A DNA stretch of 64,000 nt from Varibaculum cambriense (GCF_032557235.1 NZ_JAWGMB010000001.1:28930-92929), one strand, 5' to 3'; positions 19,458 to 29,098 are shown, counted from the first letter of the stretch. A program made the numbers and translations. Notes: generated by a model not told the origin, from the letters alone.

Positions 19458-19626
19458 AAGTGGGGTCTAGGAAAAAAGTCCCCCAAATCAGGGTACACTC
19501 CCCCGCATCTAGTGTTACCTTGAACATATAAGTGCGTAGAGGGTCGAGCTACCATACAGCTCGGCTCTCTACACCTTAGGTGCGATCGATACCTATTAAC
19601 AGTTTCCTAAGAAAGGACGCAAACAA

Positions 19627-22600
19627 ATGTCAGAAAGCGTGGCTCCCCCCAAAGTTGGTGGGGAAACCGGCGACTGCCGTCACTTAGCGGATTTGGCGGT
19701 TGCTCGTGCCCAAAAATGGGTACGAGAGTCTGAGAAATACCCGGAAGATCGGGCAGCCAAACTCTTGTCCCAGGTGCTCGAAGATCAAGCAGGTCTAGAC
19801 TTCACCGTTGCCTTTGTTGACGGGGTTATTCGCCCCGAGGACATTAAAGTCGCCGCCGAGGAGCTAAACCGTCTCTCGTCCTCTTCCGTGAGCTTCCTGC
19901 CCTGGTACCTGCGTTTACCCTTTAAGGTGGGCGGTGCAATGGCTCCGCTGCTACCTAAAATGGTTATTCCCATTACCCGCACTGTGTTCGCGAAACTAGT
20001 CGGGGATCTGGTTCTGGACGTATCTGACGCCAAACTAGGACCGGCGATTGAGCGGTTAAAGCAAGGCGGAATGCGGCTCAATATGAACCTGCTGGGTGAA
20101 GCCATCCTGGGTGATGAAGAGGCTAATAAGCGGCTCACCGACACCATGGCGCTGCTGGAACGTCCAGATGTGGAATACGTATCTTTGAAGGTATCTGCAG
20201 TCACCGGCCCTCACAATCCTTGGGCATATGATCACGTGGTCGATCGAGCCGTAAACGCTCTCCTGCCGCTATATCGTCGCGCCAACTCCTATGAACCAAA
20301 GAAGTTCATCAACCTGGATATGGAAGAATACAAAGACCTCCATATGACCATTGATGTATTCAAGAAGATTCTGGAGACCCCCGGTCTAGAAAAGCTGGAA
20401 GCCGGCATCGTGTTACAGGCTTACCTGCCCGACGCCCTCCCCGCAATGAAGAACTTGCAAGAATGGGCAGCGCAGCGCGTAGCCAATGGGGGCGGACGGA
20501 TCAAAGTTCGCGTAGTTAAGGGCGCGAACCTGTCGATGGAAACCGTTGATTCTCGTGAGCGTGGCTGGAAACTCACTACCCAAAAGAGCAAGCAAGACAC
20601 CGACTCTAACTATATGAAGGTGTTGGACTACGCCCTGACTAAGGAGCACACTCGTAATATTAAGATCGGCGTGGCCGGAATGAACCTGTTCACCGTGGGC
20701 TTTGCCTACGAGCTGGCCCATGAGCGCGGGGTACTAGAATCCGGGGGCGTAGAGTTCGAGATGCTGACTGGAATGGCTTCTCCCCAGTCCAAGGCAGTAG
20801 CCGAGGACACCGGTCACCTCCTGTTCTACGTGCCGGTAGTTAATCCGGAAGAATACGACGTGGCCATTGCCTATCTGGTGCGGCGGCTGGAAGAAAACTC
20901 GCTGGATCAGAACTTCATGTCTGATATTTTTGATCTGGATGACGCGAATGTGCTCCACAAGGAAGAGCAGCGTTTTAGGCGCGCCTTAGAGCGGGTCTAC
21001 GACGTCGAGGTCGGCCCGGTACGCCAGCAAAATCGTCTCACCGAGACGGCTGAAGATATTAAATCTTTCGTACAAAAGGATGGGGAGTGGACTTTCGAGA
21101 ACACTCCGGACTCTGATCCTTCACTACCGGAAAATATCGAATGGTCACGCCAGATCGTTAAGGCGATTCCCGATTGCCAGATTGGGATTAAAGAGGTTGA
21201 GGAAGCTACCGTTTCCGATGCTAAGGTGCTTGATCAAATGTTGGCTGGAGCAGCTGCGGCCGCCGAAGTGTGGGCAGCGCGTCCCGCTAAGGAACGCAGC
21301 GAGATTATTCACCGCGTAGGCATCGGACTCAGCCAACACCGTGCAGAGCTCATGGAAATTGCAGCTGCCGAATGCGGCAAAGCCCTCGATGGCGGCGATA
21401 TCGAGGTATCGGAGGCCGTGGACTTCTGCCATTACTACGCGCAGCAGTGCCTGGAGCTAGAACAGCAAGCGGGCGCTAAGTTCCAGCCGGCACGGGTAAC
21501 GGTTTCCACCCCACCCTGGAACTTCCCGATCGCTATTCCTACTGGTTCGACCGTTTCGGCGTTGGCAGCAGGTTCGGCAGTGATCTTCAAACCGGCCAAG
21601 GAATCTGCCCGCACTGGCGCACTGCTAGCCCAGATTATGTGGGAAGCAGGGGTTCCGCGTGAGGTTCTACAGTTTGTCCAGCTAGGCAACCGGGAACTCG
21701 GCAAGAACCTGATGGCTGATGAACGGGTAGATCGCGTGATCTTGACGGGTTCAATCGACACCGCCAAGATGTTCCGTTCCTGGGACAACAATATGGGGCT
21801 CTTGGCGGAAACCTCTGGTAAGAACGCTATTATTGTCACCCCCTCGGCGGATCTAGACCTGGCGGTCAAAGATATTATTAACTCGGCGTTTAGCCACTGT
21901 GGGCAAAAGTGCTCCGCTTCTTCCCTGGCCATCCTGGTCGGTTCCGTTGGGTACTCCGAAAGGGTTCATCGTCAGTTACTTGACGGTGTACGTTCCCTGG
22001 TGGTGGACTACCCCTCCAATCCTTCCAGCCAAACCGGTTCGCTATGTGCACCGGCAAAGGGGAAGCTGCTGCGCGGCCTAACCACCTTGGGACCGGGAGA
22101 GCATTGGGCGCTCAAGCCCAAGCAACTTGATGAATCCGGGAAGCTGTGGACTCCGGGTATTCGCGCTGGGGTACAACCGGGCAGTGAATACCACCTGACC
22201 GAATACTTCGGCCCGATTCTGGGCATTATCCGCTGCGACACCTTAGAAGAAGCTATCGAGATCCAAAACGCTACCGACTACGGTTTGACCGCTGGTTTGC
22301 ACTCTTTGGATGCCGATGAAATCAACCTGTGGCTAGAGCGCGTACAGGCCGGTAACGTTTACGTCAACCGCGGTATCACCGGCGCGATTGTGCGCCGTCA
22401 GCCCTTCGGCGGTTGGAAGAACTCTGCTATTGGGGCAGGTACGAAAGCTGGCGGCCCGTCCTATCTGTTTGGTTTGGGCGAATGGGAAGCCGACGGGATT
22501 CCGGAAAACGAGGACGTGGAGCTGCGCAACCGTGCCTTGGTTGAAGCCGCGAAAGTAGCGCGCTCTTTGGATTCCAATAAAGAGTTCGTAATGGCCTCGC

Positions 22601-23121
22601 TGCGTTCTTCACAGCAGGCTCTAGACAGCGAGTTTGGCATTGGGCATGACCCCTCGGATCTGCGGGTTGAACGTAACGTGCTGCGCTACCGCCCACTGCC
22701 GGTCTTGATTCGTCTATCCGAGGGCGAGGACGCCTCTCAGGTGTTAATGCTGGCAGCAGCCGGTCGCGCCGCTGGTTCTCAAGTCTCGGTATCGATGCCG
22801 CAAGAACCGGACTCCGCGCTGCTCCAGTACCTGCGAGTACAGCACATTGATTACGAGGTCGAGTCCGATCAGTCCTTCCGTGACCGGCTGCCCGCCTGGG
22901 CTGCCGGTGCCGGTCTGGACGCACGGATTCGTCTGATTGGTGGAGATGTTAAGGCAGTCAATGAAGCAGTTAACGGAAATGTGAATGTGGCGGTCTGGTC
23001 GCATCCGGTGACTGCTTGTGGACGAGTAGAAATGATCCCATTTGTTCGCGAGCAGGCAGTAGCCTTCACTAACCACCGCTTCGGTAATCACACTCCCCTT
23101 TCGGAGCAGGTGAAAATCTAG
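19627..23121 (+). CDS. putA: Bifunctional proline dehydrogenase / L-glutamate-gamma-semialdehyde dehydrogenase
   Basis: 1164 aa. The N-terminal part is a PRODH barrel region. The ALDH half has FKPAKESA, LAETSGKNAIIV and the catalytic-Cys motif GQKCSASS. I recognise no N-terminal ribbon-helix-helix domain. Confidence 0.92.
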   Translation: MSESVAPPKVGGETGDCRHLADLAVARAQKWVRESEKYPEDRAAKLLSQVLEDQAGLDFTVAFVDGVIRPEDIKVAAEELNRLSSSSVSFLPWYLRLPFKVGGAMAPLLPKMVIPITRTVFAKLVGDLVLDVSDAKLGPAIERLKQGGMRLNMNLLGEAILGDEEANKRLTDTMALLERPDVEYVSLKVSAVTGPHNPWAYDHVVDRAVNALLPLYRRANSYEPKKFINLDMEEYKDLHMTIDVFKKILETPGLEKLEAGIVLQAYLPDALPAMKNLQEWAAQRVANGGGRIKVRVVKGANLSMETVDSRERGWKLTTQKSKQDTDSNYMKVLDYALTKEHTRNIKIGVAGMNLFTVGFAYELAHERGVLESGGVEFEMLTGMASPQSKAVAEDTGHLLFYVPVVNPEEYDVAIAYLVRRLEENSLDQNFMSDIFDLDDANVLHKEEQRFRRALERVYDVEVGPVRQQNRLTETAEDIKSFVQKDGEWTFENTPDSDPSLPENIEWSRQIVKAIPDCQIGIKEVEEATVSDAKVLDQMLAGAAAAAEVWAARPAKERSEIIHRVGIGLSQHRAELMEIAAAECGKALDGGDIEVSEAVDFCHYYAQQCLELEQQAGAKFQPARVTVSTPPWNFPIAIPTGSTVSALAAGSAVIFKPAKESARTGALLAQIMWEAGVPREVLQFVQLGNRELGKNLMADERVDRVILTGSIDTAKMFRSWDNNMGLLAETSGKNAIIVTPSADLDLAVKDIINSAFSHCGQKCSASSLAILVGSVGYSERVHRQLLDGVRSLVVDYPSNPSSQTGSLCAPAKGKLLRGLTTLGPGEHWALKPKQLDESGKLWTPGIRAGVQPGSEYHLTEYFGPILGIIRCDTLEEAIEIQNATDYGLTAGLHSLDADEINLWLERVQAGNVYVNRGITGAIVRRQPFGGWKNSAIGAGTKAGGPSYLFGLGEWEADGIPENEDVELRNRALVEAAKVARSLDSNKEFVMASLRSSQQALDSEFGIGHDPSDLRVERNVLRYRPLPVLIRLSEGEDASQVLMLAAAGRAAGSQVSVSMPQEPDSALLQYLRVQHIDYEVESDQSFRDRLPAWAAGAGLDARIRLIGGDVKAVNEAVNGNVNVAVWSHPVTACGRVEMIPFVREQAVAFTNHRFGNHTPLSEQVKI

Positions 23122-23154
23122 GCGCTGCGTTAGTTCCATAACTAAATAAATGCC

Positions 23155-23190
23155 TTGCGGGGGTTGGGAAATATTTCCCAACCCCCGCAA
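23155..23190 (+). terminator. Intrinsic terminator candidate after putA
   Basis: The perfect 36-nt palindrome TTGCGGGGGTTGGGAAATATTTCCCAACCCCCGCAA lies 34 nt after the putA stop. Confidence 0.7.
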
Positions 23191-23399
23191 AGTATTCTCC
23201 GCAGGTTTTGCGGGCTACCGCGGGTCGGTAATCGGGGCTAATGCCCATTTGGGGGTGCGGATTGTTTTTTGGACAGTTTTATACTACCGGCTGGTAGTGG
23301 TGCCTTGTAATTTGGGGTTTGGTTAGCTTTTTGGGCTTATTTTCTACAGGTCGTTGACTTTCCGTATTTTTGGTGCACGGGTCTGCTTTTGTTTGATTT

Positions 23400-23534
23400 A
23401 TGGGTCGTAAATCAAACAGAAAAAAGTGTCCTACCTGCGGCGGGGCGGGTGTTAAAAGGAATGGCACAACCAGCAAAGGACTTCAGCGTTACCGCTGCGC
23501 TAAATGCTCTTGCAGGTCACTTGGTAGCTTTTAA
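23400..23534 (+). mobile_element. Truncated IS1-family InsA-like zinc-ribbon ORF (remnant)
   Basis: The 44-codon ORF is MGRKSNRKKCPTCGGAGVKRNGTTSKGLQRYRCAKCSCRSLGSF*. Its CPxC...RNG...QRYxCxxC layout parallels E. coli IS1 InsA (CPSC..VVRNGKSTAGHQRYLCSHC, recalled). It stops after the zinc ribbon and runs into the 3' end of the convergent GH3 gene. No transposase body and no clear terminal repeats were found. Confidence 0.45.
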
Positions 23535-24767
23535 TTGCAACTTGGTGGCTACGATTCTAGTCACGGACTGGTTTACCTGCTCCTGGCTGATTTTCCCGGA
23601 TTTCACCGCTGCCAGAACCCCCTGGTAGGCGGCATCAAAGTCTTTAGGATCGAGCACAATATCAATCCCTGCCTGGATTGCTTTAACCGCGGCCTCTGCC
23701 GGCTGATAGTTATCGCTAATCGCCCCCATACTCATGGCATCGGTGATCAAAATTCCTTGATACTGTAGCTTTTCTCGCGCCCAGCCAGTCACCACCTTTT
23801 TTGACAGGCTGGCAGGAGTGTTATCTCCAAAAGCTTTCGGAAAACAAACGTGGCTAACCATAATTAGCTTTACGTCTTTAGCAACCGCATCTTTAAAAGG
23901 CACTAAATCCACCTGTTCCAACCCGGTCGCATCCTGTTGCGAAACGGTGATCCCTTTATGGGAGTCTGCACTGGTAGAGCCGTGACCAGGAAAATGCTTA
24001 TAGGTGGCGAGTACCCCACTGGTCTGCAAACCCTTAGTAAAAGCAGCTGTCATAGTGGTAACCGTCTGGGGATCACTGCCGAACGCGCGATATTTAAGCA
24101 AATCATTTTGCGGATTCGTCAACACATCGGCATCGGGGGCAAAATCGATATTAAACCCGAGGTCAGCAAGATATTTACCCATTTCAGTACCAATTTGGAG
24201 GGCGCGATTACTATCTTTGCCAGCACCCACCTCACTCATATTCGGATAGGGTTTAATCCCCATGCTCTTGGAGCCGCTGACCCGAGCGACCGTGCCGCCC
24301 TCCTCATCAACCGCCATAAAGACAGGAACCCCGACCCGATCTTTACTGTATTTTTGTAGGTTAGCGAGCATGGTTTTTACTTGCTCCGGCGATTGCAGAT
24401 TCGCAGAGTTATAAATAACTCCCCCCACTGGTAGCTTCGCAAACGCCTGTTTAGTTTGTTCCCCCGAAGCCACTACGCTCCCATTGAACTTGGAGAGCGC
24501 TTCCGGAGTCACCATAAACATCTGGGCAACTTTATCTTCTAAAGACATTTTTGCTACCAAGGATGCAGCGGGATCCAGACTGGTATTTTCCGCTTGGGTG
24601 TTAGCGGTAGCGCCGGGAGTAGATTTTTCCGGCTTCGCTTTCGGGGCATCAGTGGCGCTGCTACAAGCACTTACCGTTCCCAAGGTAAACGTCACTAGGA
24701 TTGCCGCCACTACCAGGCGCCACTTTTTTATAAAACTATTATTAAACACTGATTTTCTTTTTATCAT
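23517..24767 (-). CDS. Glycoside hydrolase family 3 beta-N-acetylhexosaminidase-like lipoprotein
   Basis: 416 aa. It has a signal peptide with a lipobox (LGTVSAC) and the GH3 motifs KHFPGHG and ITDAMSMGAI. Its start is 15 nt downstream of the stop of the lectin/vWA gene. Confidence 0.85.
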   Translation of the reverse strand: MIKRKSVFNNSFIKKWRLVVAAILVTFTLGTVSACSSATDAPKAKPEKSTPGATANTQAENTSLDPAASLVAKMSLEDKVAQMFMVTPEALSKFNGSVVASGEQTKQAFAKLPVGGVIYNSANLQSPEQVKTMLANLQKYSKDRVGVPVFMAVDEEGGTVARVSGSKSMGIKPYPNMSEVGAGKDSNRALQIGTEMGKYLADLGFNIDFAPDADVLTNPQNDLLKYRAFGSDPQTVTTMTAAFTKGLQTSGVLATYKHFPGHGSTSADSHKGITVSQQDATGLEQVDLVPFKDAVAKDVKLIMVSHVCFPKAFGDNTPASLSKKVVTGWAREKLQYQGILITDAMSMGAISDNYQPAEAAVKAIQAGIDIVLDPKDFDAAYQGVLAAVKSGKISQEQVNQSVTRIVATKLQLKATK

Positions 24768-24782
24768 CGTTATCCGCGATTT

Positions 24783-26597
24783 CTACTGTTCGTACTCGCA
24801 AACGTAACCGGCTTTCCCGCTGATCCTGGCTCCGGCATCGGGAGCAGCAAACATATTGTCACGTTCGTCGTTCCACGACCACTGACCTCTAATCTTCCAC
24901 AACAGCAGATAGAACTCCGGTGCCCCGTCTAAATCAGTATGTGAGGGTTCGCCAGGGAACCAGTTCTGATATGACCATTCTTCGCCAGTCACCCAGTGGG
25001 CAAAAACGCCATTATCTCTTTCGGAAGTGTATCCACCCATCCAGGAGAACTCGATTCCTTTAGATTCAACTAACGAAATCACCTGTTGTTCTTCTTGTTG
25101 GCTGGTGATCGTTACCAAATGCCCGCCCTTTGCCATACAAATATTATTGGCCTCGGACCAGGTCTTATCTTCTCTAAATGCCTCGTAGCGGCTCTTGTGC
25201 TTCTCCACGCCTGTACGTTTAACCGGAGTAAAGGAAAACCCGTCTTTAATAGCTCCCACCTTGAAATCATCAGCATCACCAATCAGTGCCGAAATAGTCC
25301 GTTCTGCATAAGCGTCTGCCTTAGCGTCGGAAGTGTATTCGATGGTGTAAAGATTTTTCTGCCGAGAGTTAATCTTTTCCAGGACTTCGGCCATATCGGA
25401 AATCGAACTAATATCCCACAGATAGCCTTTAGTTTCATCCGCGATTTGTTGCAAAGTGCCTAGATCAGATTCGGAGCTACCGATCAAGTAGATTGGCACC
25501 GCCTTTTCAGTGGCCAAGCTGATTACTTCATCCAAGGTGTGGGAGCTAGAGTTCTCGATTCCGTCGGTAAAGGCGATCACACAGTTAGATCCCGTCCGGT
25601 TCCCCGCATTTGCTACGCCCTCGTATAAAGCGTCGTATAAAGCCGTATCGCCATCGGCAGTGATATTTGAGATCCCGGTTAATAACCGATTCTTTTCTCC
25701 GGTTAGCGTGGACATATACATCAGGTAGGTATCGAACGCCATTAGCTCCGCTTTATCGCCCACTTTATAGTCGAGATTGTTTACAAAGTTACGCATGGCG
25801 TTTTGCATTTCTCCTAAATCTTCCGACATAGAAGCCGACTTATCTAAGAGCACCTCAAAACCTACACCCTGGTTGTCTTTTATCCTCTCTATTTTCTTTA
25901 TTGCGCGTTTTATTTCGCTTCCACCAGCTATTTTTTCTTTAATCGCCCCAGTGGGGGATTTCAGGGTAAGTTCTTGCTGATCACTGTCTGTTAACGACAA
26001 GTACAGCCGCACCGTCGGATATTGAGAGACATCGGTACTTACGATTTCTAAATCATAGTTGGCATGGTTTTCCATTAGCTCGGTGCGCAAAGCATCATAG
26101 TCGGCTGTGGTGCCGGAAAGCTGCGAGGCATAGTTCGAGTAGTAAAACCAGCCCCCGATGATGGTTAGCACTAACACTATTGCCAGGGCACTGGACAGGG
26201 CGATGATTAGACCCCGATTTTTCTTATTCGAGGACGTGGCAGCGTTTGCCACGGGAGCGGCGTATCCGCCTGCAGGAGGCATCTGATAGGGGTATCCCCC
26301 GGGATAGGGGTATCCAGGCGAGGCCGCACCCGCAGCCGAGTATCCCGGACTGGACTGTCCCGGATAGGGTGAGGAGACGGGTGGGTACTGCCCGGGATAG
26401 GCGCTGGAACCGGGGTAAGCGCTATCGGGATGAGGCTGATTTTGCGAGGCTGCAGAGGCGTTAGTCGCTTGCGACTGAGATTCCTGTCCGGTGTTAGCTT
26501 CTGCAGCAGGGTTAGCTGCTTCAAGACGAGTACCACATTTACTACAAAATGCTGCCGCGTCAGGATTGTCATTGCCACATTGCGAACAAAAAGCCAT
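24783..26597 (-). CDS. Single-pass membrane protein: N-terminal zinc ribbon, Pro/Tyr/Gly-rich linker, TM helix, extracellular vWA domain, C-terminal C-type-lectin-like domain
   Basis: 604 aa. The zinc ribbon is FCSQCGNDNPDAAAFCSKCG. A YPG-rich stretch follows, then the TM helix GLIIALSSALAIVLVLTIIGGWFYY. The vWA MIDAS motif is LLDKSASMS, with downstream TALYDAL and AFTDGIEN. The CLECT-like tail is WSEANNICMAKGGHLVTITSQQE..WMGG..WVTGEEWSYQNWFPGEPS..WNDERD..YVCEY. Confidence 0.8.
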   Translation of the reverse strand: MAFCSQCGNDNPDAAAFCSKCGTRLEAANPAAEANTGQESQSQATNASAASQNQPHPDSAYPGSSAYPGQYPPVSSPYPGQSSPGYSAAGAASPGYPYPGGYPYQMPPAGGYAAPVANAATSSNKKNRGLIIALSSALAIVLVLTIIGGWFYYSNYASQLSGTTADYDALRTELMENHANYDLEIVSTDVSQYPTVRLYLSLTDSDQQELTLKSPTGAIKEKIAGGSEIKRAIKKIERIKDNQGVGFEVLLDKSASMSEDLGEMQNAMRNFVNNLDYKVGDKAELMAFDTYLMYMSTLTGEKNRLLTGISNITADGDTALYDALYEGVANAGNRTGSNCVIAFTDGIENSSSHTLDEVISLATEKAVPIYLIGSSESDLGTLQQIADETKGYLWDISSISDMAEVLEKINSRQKNLYTIEYTSDAKADAYAERTISALIGDADDFKVGAIKDGFSFTPVKRTGVEKHKSRYEAFREDKTWSEANNICMAKGGHLVTITSQQEEQQVISLVESKGIEFSWMGGYTSERDNGVFAHWVTGEEWSYQNWFPGEPSHTDLDGAPEFYLLLWKIRGQWSWNDERDNMFAAPDAGARISGKAGYVCEYEQ

Positions 26598-26743
26598 CTT
26601 ACGTATTCCTTAAAATGGGGAGTTTCTTGGACTTAACCATAAATCCAACGACTATTAGTATAAACCCGGTGGGTCAAGCCATGTTTATGCCCTAGCGGTT
26701 TTGATCCGAATAATAGTTACCCGTATTAGTTTTCAGACAGCAA

Positions 26744-29098
26744 TTAAGGCAGCCACAGGGTGCCGTCTCCGGCTTCCAATAGATTATTGGCTATCCCATA
26801 GGAAATAGCTCTATCCGCTAACTGTCTAGCTGGCGCAGTTAACGGAGAAATACCGTAAAGCAGTTTAAAGGCTTCGCCTATAATCACGGTTCGCTCCATG
26901 CTGTTAGTACGAGAAATCTGCCACCGCAAGGCGTTAGCTACCTCAGTTAAGGTCAGCGACTCCAGTTTACGGGGTAATCCAATTGGAGATTGCAGGGCAG
27001 TATTCCAGCTGAGAGGATCGACCTGAGCTGGCCAAACAGTGCGCATTCCGGGCTCTGATACCAGGCGTAAACCCGGGCCGAGGCAACGGCTAATTTCCTC
27101 CGGTCGCTGATCGTGATATTCAATCCGGTACTTCTGACACAAGCGACGCGCCAAAAAGTCCAGGGGCATCGGCCCCTCGGCACTAATAATACTTTTAGCG
27201 AAAGAGGTGGTAGAGCCAGCCACTGCTGGTTCATCGAGGCGCTGTTTCGGACGAGTAAAACGGGGTTGATAGTCAAAATATCCGCGTACCCGAATAGTGA
27301 TTAGCCTGGTTGAAGGTTGACGGTCGGCATCGGCTAATATTTCCCGGGGCTTATGGGGGGCGGCGGGAGGTACCCGGGAGGGCGCCAGCGGACTTTGGGC
27401 CGCTCGTCGCAGAGCCGATTCTGCTGGTGATAGGGCTGATACTGAGGATTCTGACTGTGAAGATAGCAGGCTAGCTGGCATTTCATCCGGCACTTCTGCA
27501 AAAGCCGAACGAGGAGCCCCTGGTTGCGTTGCCGAATGCGCTGCTATGTTACTGCCAGTTCCAGCGCTACTGGTCACAGTATGGTTCTTGCGTGCCACGA
27601 ACTCTTCGAAACTCATATTGAGTTTGGAATCAAAACCCATCTTTTGGAAATAATCCCAGATAGCAGCATCATCAAGAGGTGCTGCCTGCGCCGCAGCCAC
27701 TTCAGTTGGGGCAGCTGCCGGCGTTCCTGTCGGTGCCGGTTCAGGACTTGCCGGTTCAGGACTTGCCGGAGCGGGAGCAGCAGGGAGCACTTCCGGCGGC
27801 TGGGCAGCTGCAAGTGGGGTAATCGTCGCGTTACCATCCCGGGATTCAGTTTGTGGTTGCGCAGTCAATTCCTGAGCCAACGCAGCTGGCGAAGACATCG
27901 GTATCGCGGGCGGGGTTTCCGTGGAAGTAGTTGGATTTGGTACCGGTGAGGCTGGGGAATCTAGGGGCATAATCGATGCCGGCTGTGGTAGCGCCGCTGG
28001 CTTTGGAGGCGCTGCACTTGGCAAGGGCTGATCAGAGGGCGGAGCAGGCGCCGGTCGTATCTGGGTGCTGGCAAGGGTGGGACGCGGTGAGGAAAGATCT
28101 TGGCGTACCAGGGAGCGGCGCGGAGGAAACTCGCTGCCCGGAGCCAAAACATTGACCGGGCTGGTTTCCGGTTTTACTTGGGATGAGTCCGCCGCAGAAC
28201 TCTCGGCGGGAGCCGGTTGGACTTCCCCTCGCTGATCCGGTTCGCTAGCCGGGCTCTGGACGGGTAACCAGGGTATTTGTCCGCGCGAAGCGCTCCATTC
28301 CGTGTTAGCAGAAACCGCAGGAACTGGTGTGGTTACGACTGCCTCTGGATTTATCTGATGAGAATCTGATTCTGCTTCCAGAGGCGGCGGCGCCGGGTTT
28401 GTGCTGGGTGCTTGCCTCACCTCGGCACTATCCGCAGGGTTTTGAGCTCTATCGTTTTCCGCCGCGTAAGCTGCCGAGACCATAGCGGCTAGCCCCATCC
28501 CTAAGCTTTGGGGGTTATCGACATCTTTTGCAGCCACCTCCGCAGCAGGTTGCCCCGGGTTAGTATGTGGTGATGTCCTTTCGGGACTGTCAAAACTATC
28601 TTGGGGGTGAACAGCTGAAACTGCGGGACGACTGGAAACTATTGGTGCTGGCGCAGGTTCGGGTTCTTTGGGTACCACCGGGCGGGAAGAGTCGGGGGCT
28701 GTTTTTAGATTTGGTGCTGGTGAGGACGCTTCCCGTGGCGGCGCGGGTGCTGGCCGCATTTTCGTTTTTCTTTCACCTGAGGATTTTTTTCCTAAATCCG
28801 GGAGTGGTTCTAATACCAAAGATGCCGGGTTTTGGGAGATCGACTGCCCGGATTTCATCCACAACCCAAAAACTTGTTCCGCGAGTTCAGCATTACCCGT
28901 GAGCATTGCCGTCAAAGCGACTGTATCTACCAGTCGTTTTACCTGCCAACGTGGTAACTGCCCTTCCTTAATCGCGCGGCGTGCCTGCTCGATACTGACG
29001 CGCAGATCCTGTAAACGAGGATCGTCAAGTTGGGGGTTTAACTGTTTTGATATTTCCAGGCAACGCTTCGCCACTTTCACTACCGTCAGTTTAGCCAT
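26744..29098 (-). CDS. Proline-rich protein with helical N-terminus and a DUF3320-like C-terminal domain (hypothetical)
   Basis: 784 aa, of which ~450 aa form a P/A/S-rich low-complexity core. The C-terminal segment (IISAEGPMPLDFLARRLCQKYRIEYHD...) resembles the DUF3320 module found at the C-terminus of some helicase-like proteins. That resemblance is recall-level and weak. Confidence 0.6.
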   Translation of the reverse strand: MAKLTVVKVAKRCLEISKQLNPQLDDPRLQDLRVSIEQARRAIKEGQLPRWQVKRLVDTVALTAMLTGNAELAEQVFGLWMKSGQSISQNPASLVLEPLPDLGKKSSGERKTKMRPAPAPPREASSPAPNLKTAPDSSRPVVPKEPEPAPAPIVSSRPAVSAVHPQDSFDSPERTSPHTNPGQPAAEVAAKDVDNPQSLGMGLAAMVSAAYAAENDRAQNPADSAEVRQAPSTNPAPPPLEAESDSHQINPEAVVTTPVPAVSANTEWSASRGQIPWLPVQSPASEPDQRGEVQPAPAESSAADSSQVKPETSPVNVLAPGSEFPPRRSLVRQDLSSPRPTLASTQIRPAPAPPSDQPLPSAAPPKPAALPQPASIMPLDSPASPVPNPTTSTETPPAIPMSSPAALAQELTAQPQTESRDGNATITPLAAAQPPEVLPAAPAPASPEPASPEPAPTGTPAAAPTEVAAAQAAPLDDAAIWDYFQKMGFDSKLNMSFEEFVARKNHTVTSSAGTGSNIAAHSATQPGAPRSAFAEVPDEMPASLLSSQSESSVSALSPAESALRRAAQSPLAPSRVPPAAPHKPREILADADRQPSTRLITIRVRGYFDYQPRFTRPKQRLDEPAVAGSTTSFAKSIISAEGPMPLDFLARRLCQKYRIEYHDQRPEEISRCLGPGLRLVSEPGMRTVWPAQVDPLSWNTALQSPIGLPRKLESLTLTEVANALRWQISRTNSMERTVIIGEAFKLLYGISPLTAPARQLADRAISYGIANNLLEAGDGTLWLP

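Noticed and set aside
23290-23350. A T/G-rich patch upstream of the InsA-like ORF shares short strings (TTGGGGTTT, GGTTAG, TATTTT) with 39255..39340, next to the nan islet. This could mean that both are ends of the same IS.
   Set aside because: The shared strings are short and their order and spacing differ. I cannot build a convincing alignment by eye. A dot-plot or BLASTN of the two regions is needed before any claim.
24783-25190. I considered whether the C-type-lectin-like C-terminus is the variable region of a diversity-generating retroelement.
   Set aside because: There is no reverse transcriptase gene in the window. I could find no template-repeat copy of the 3' end of the gene nearby. 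The domain also has the canonical CLECT sequence pattern rather than the DGR-type variable-protein pattern.
27736-27769. A 15-nt tandem duplication (CCGGTTCAGGACTTG x2.3) could act as a phase-variation tract.
   Set aside because: The unit length is a multiple of 3, so slippage keeps the reading frame. It lies in a Pro-rich low-complexity coding region (PASPEPASPEP), where such repeats are expected.
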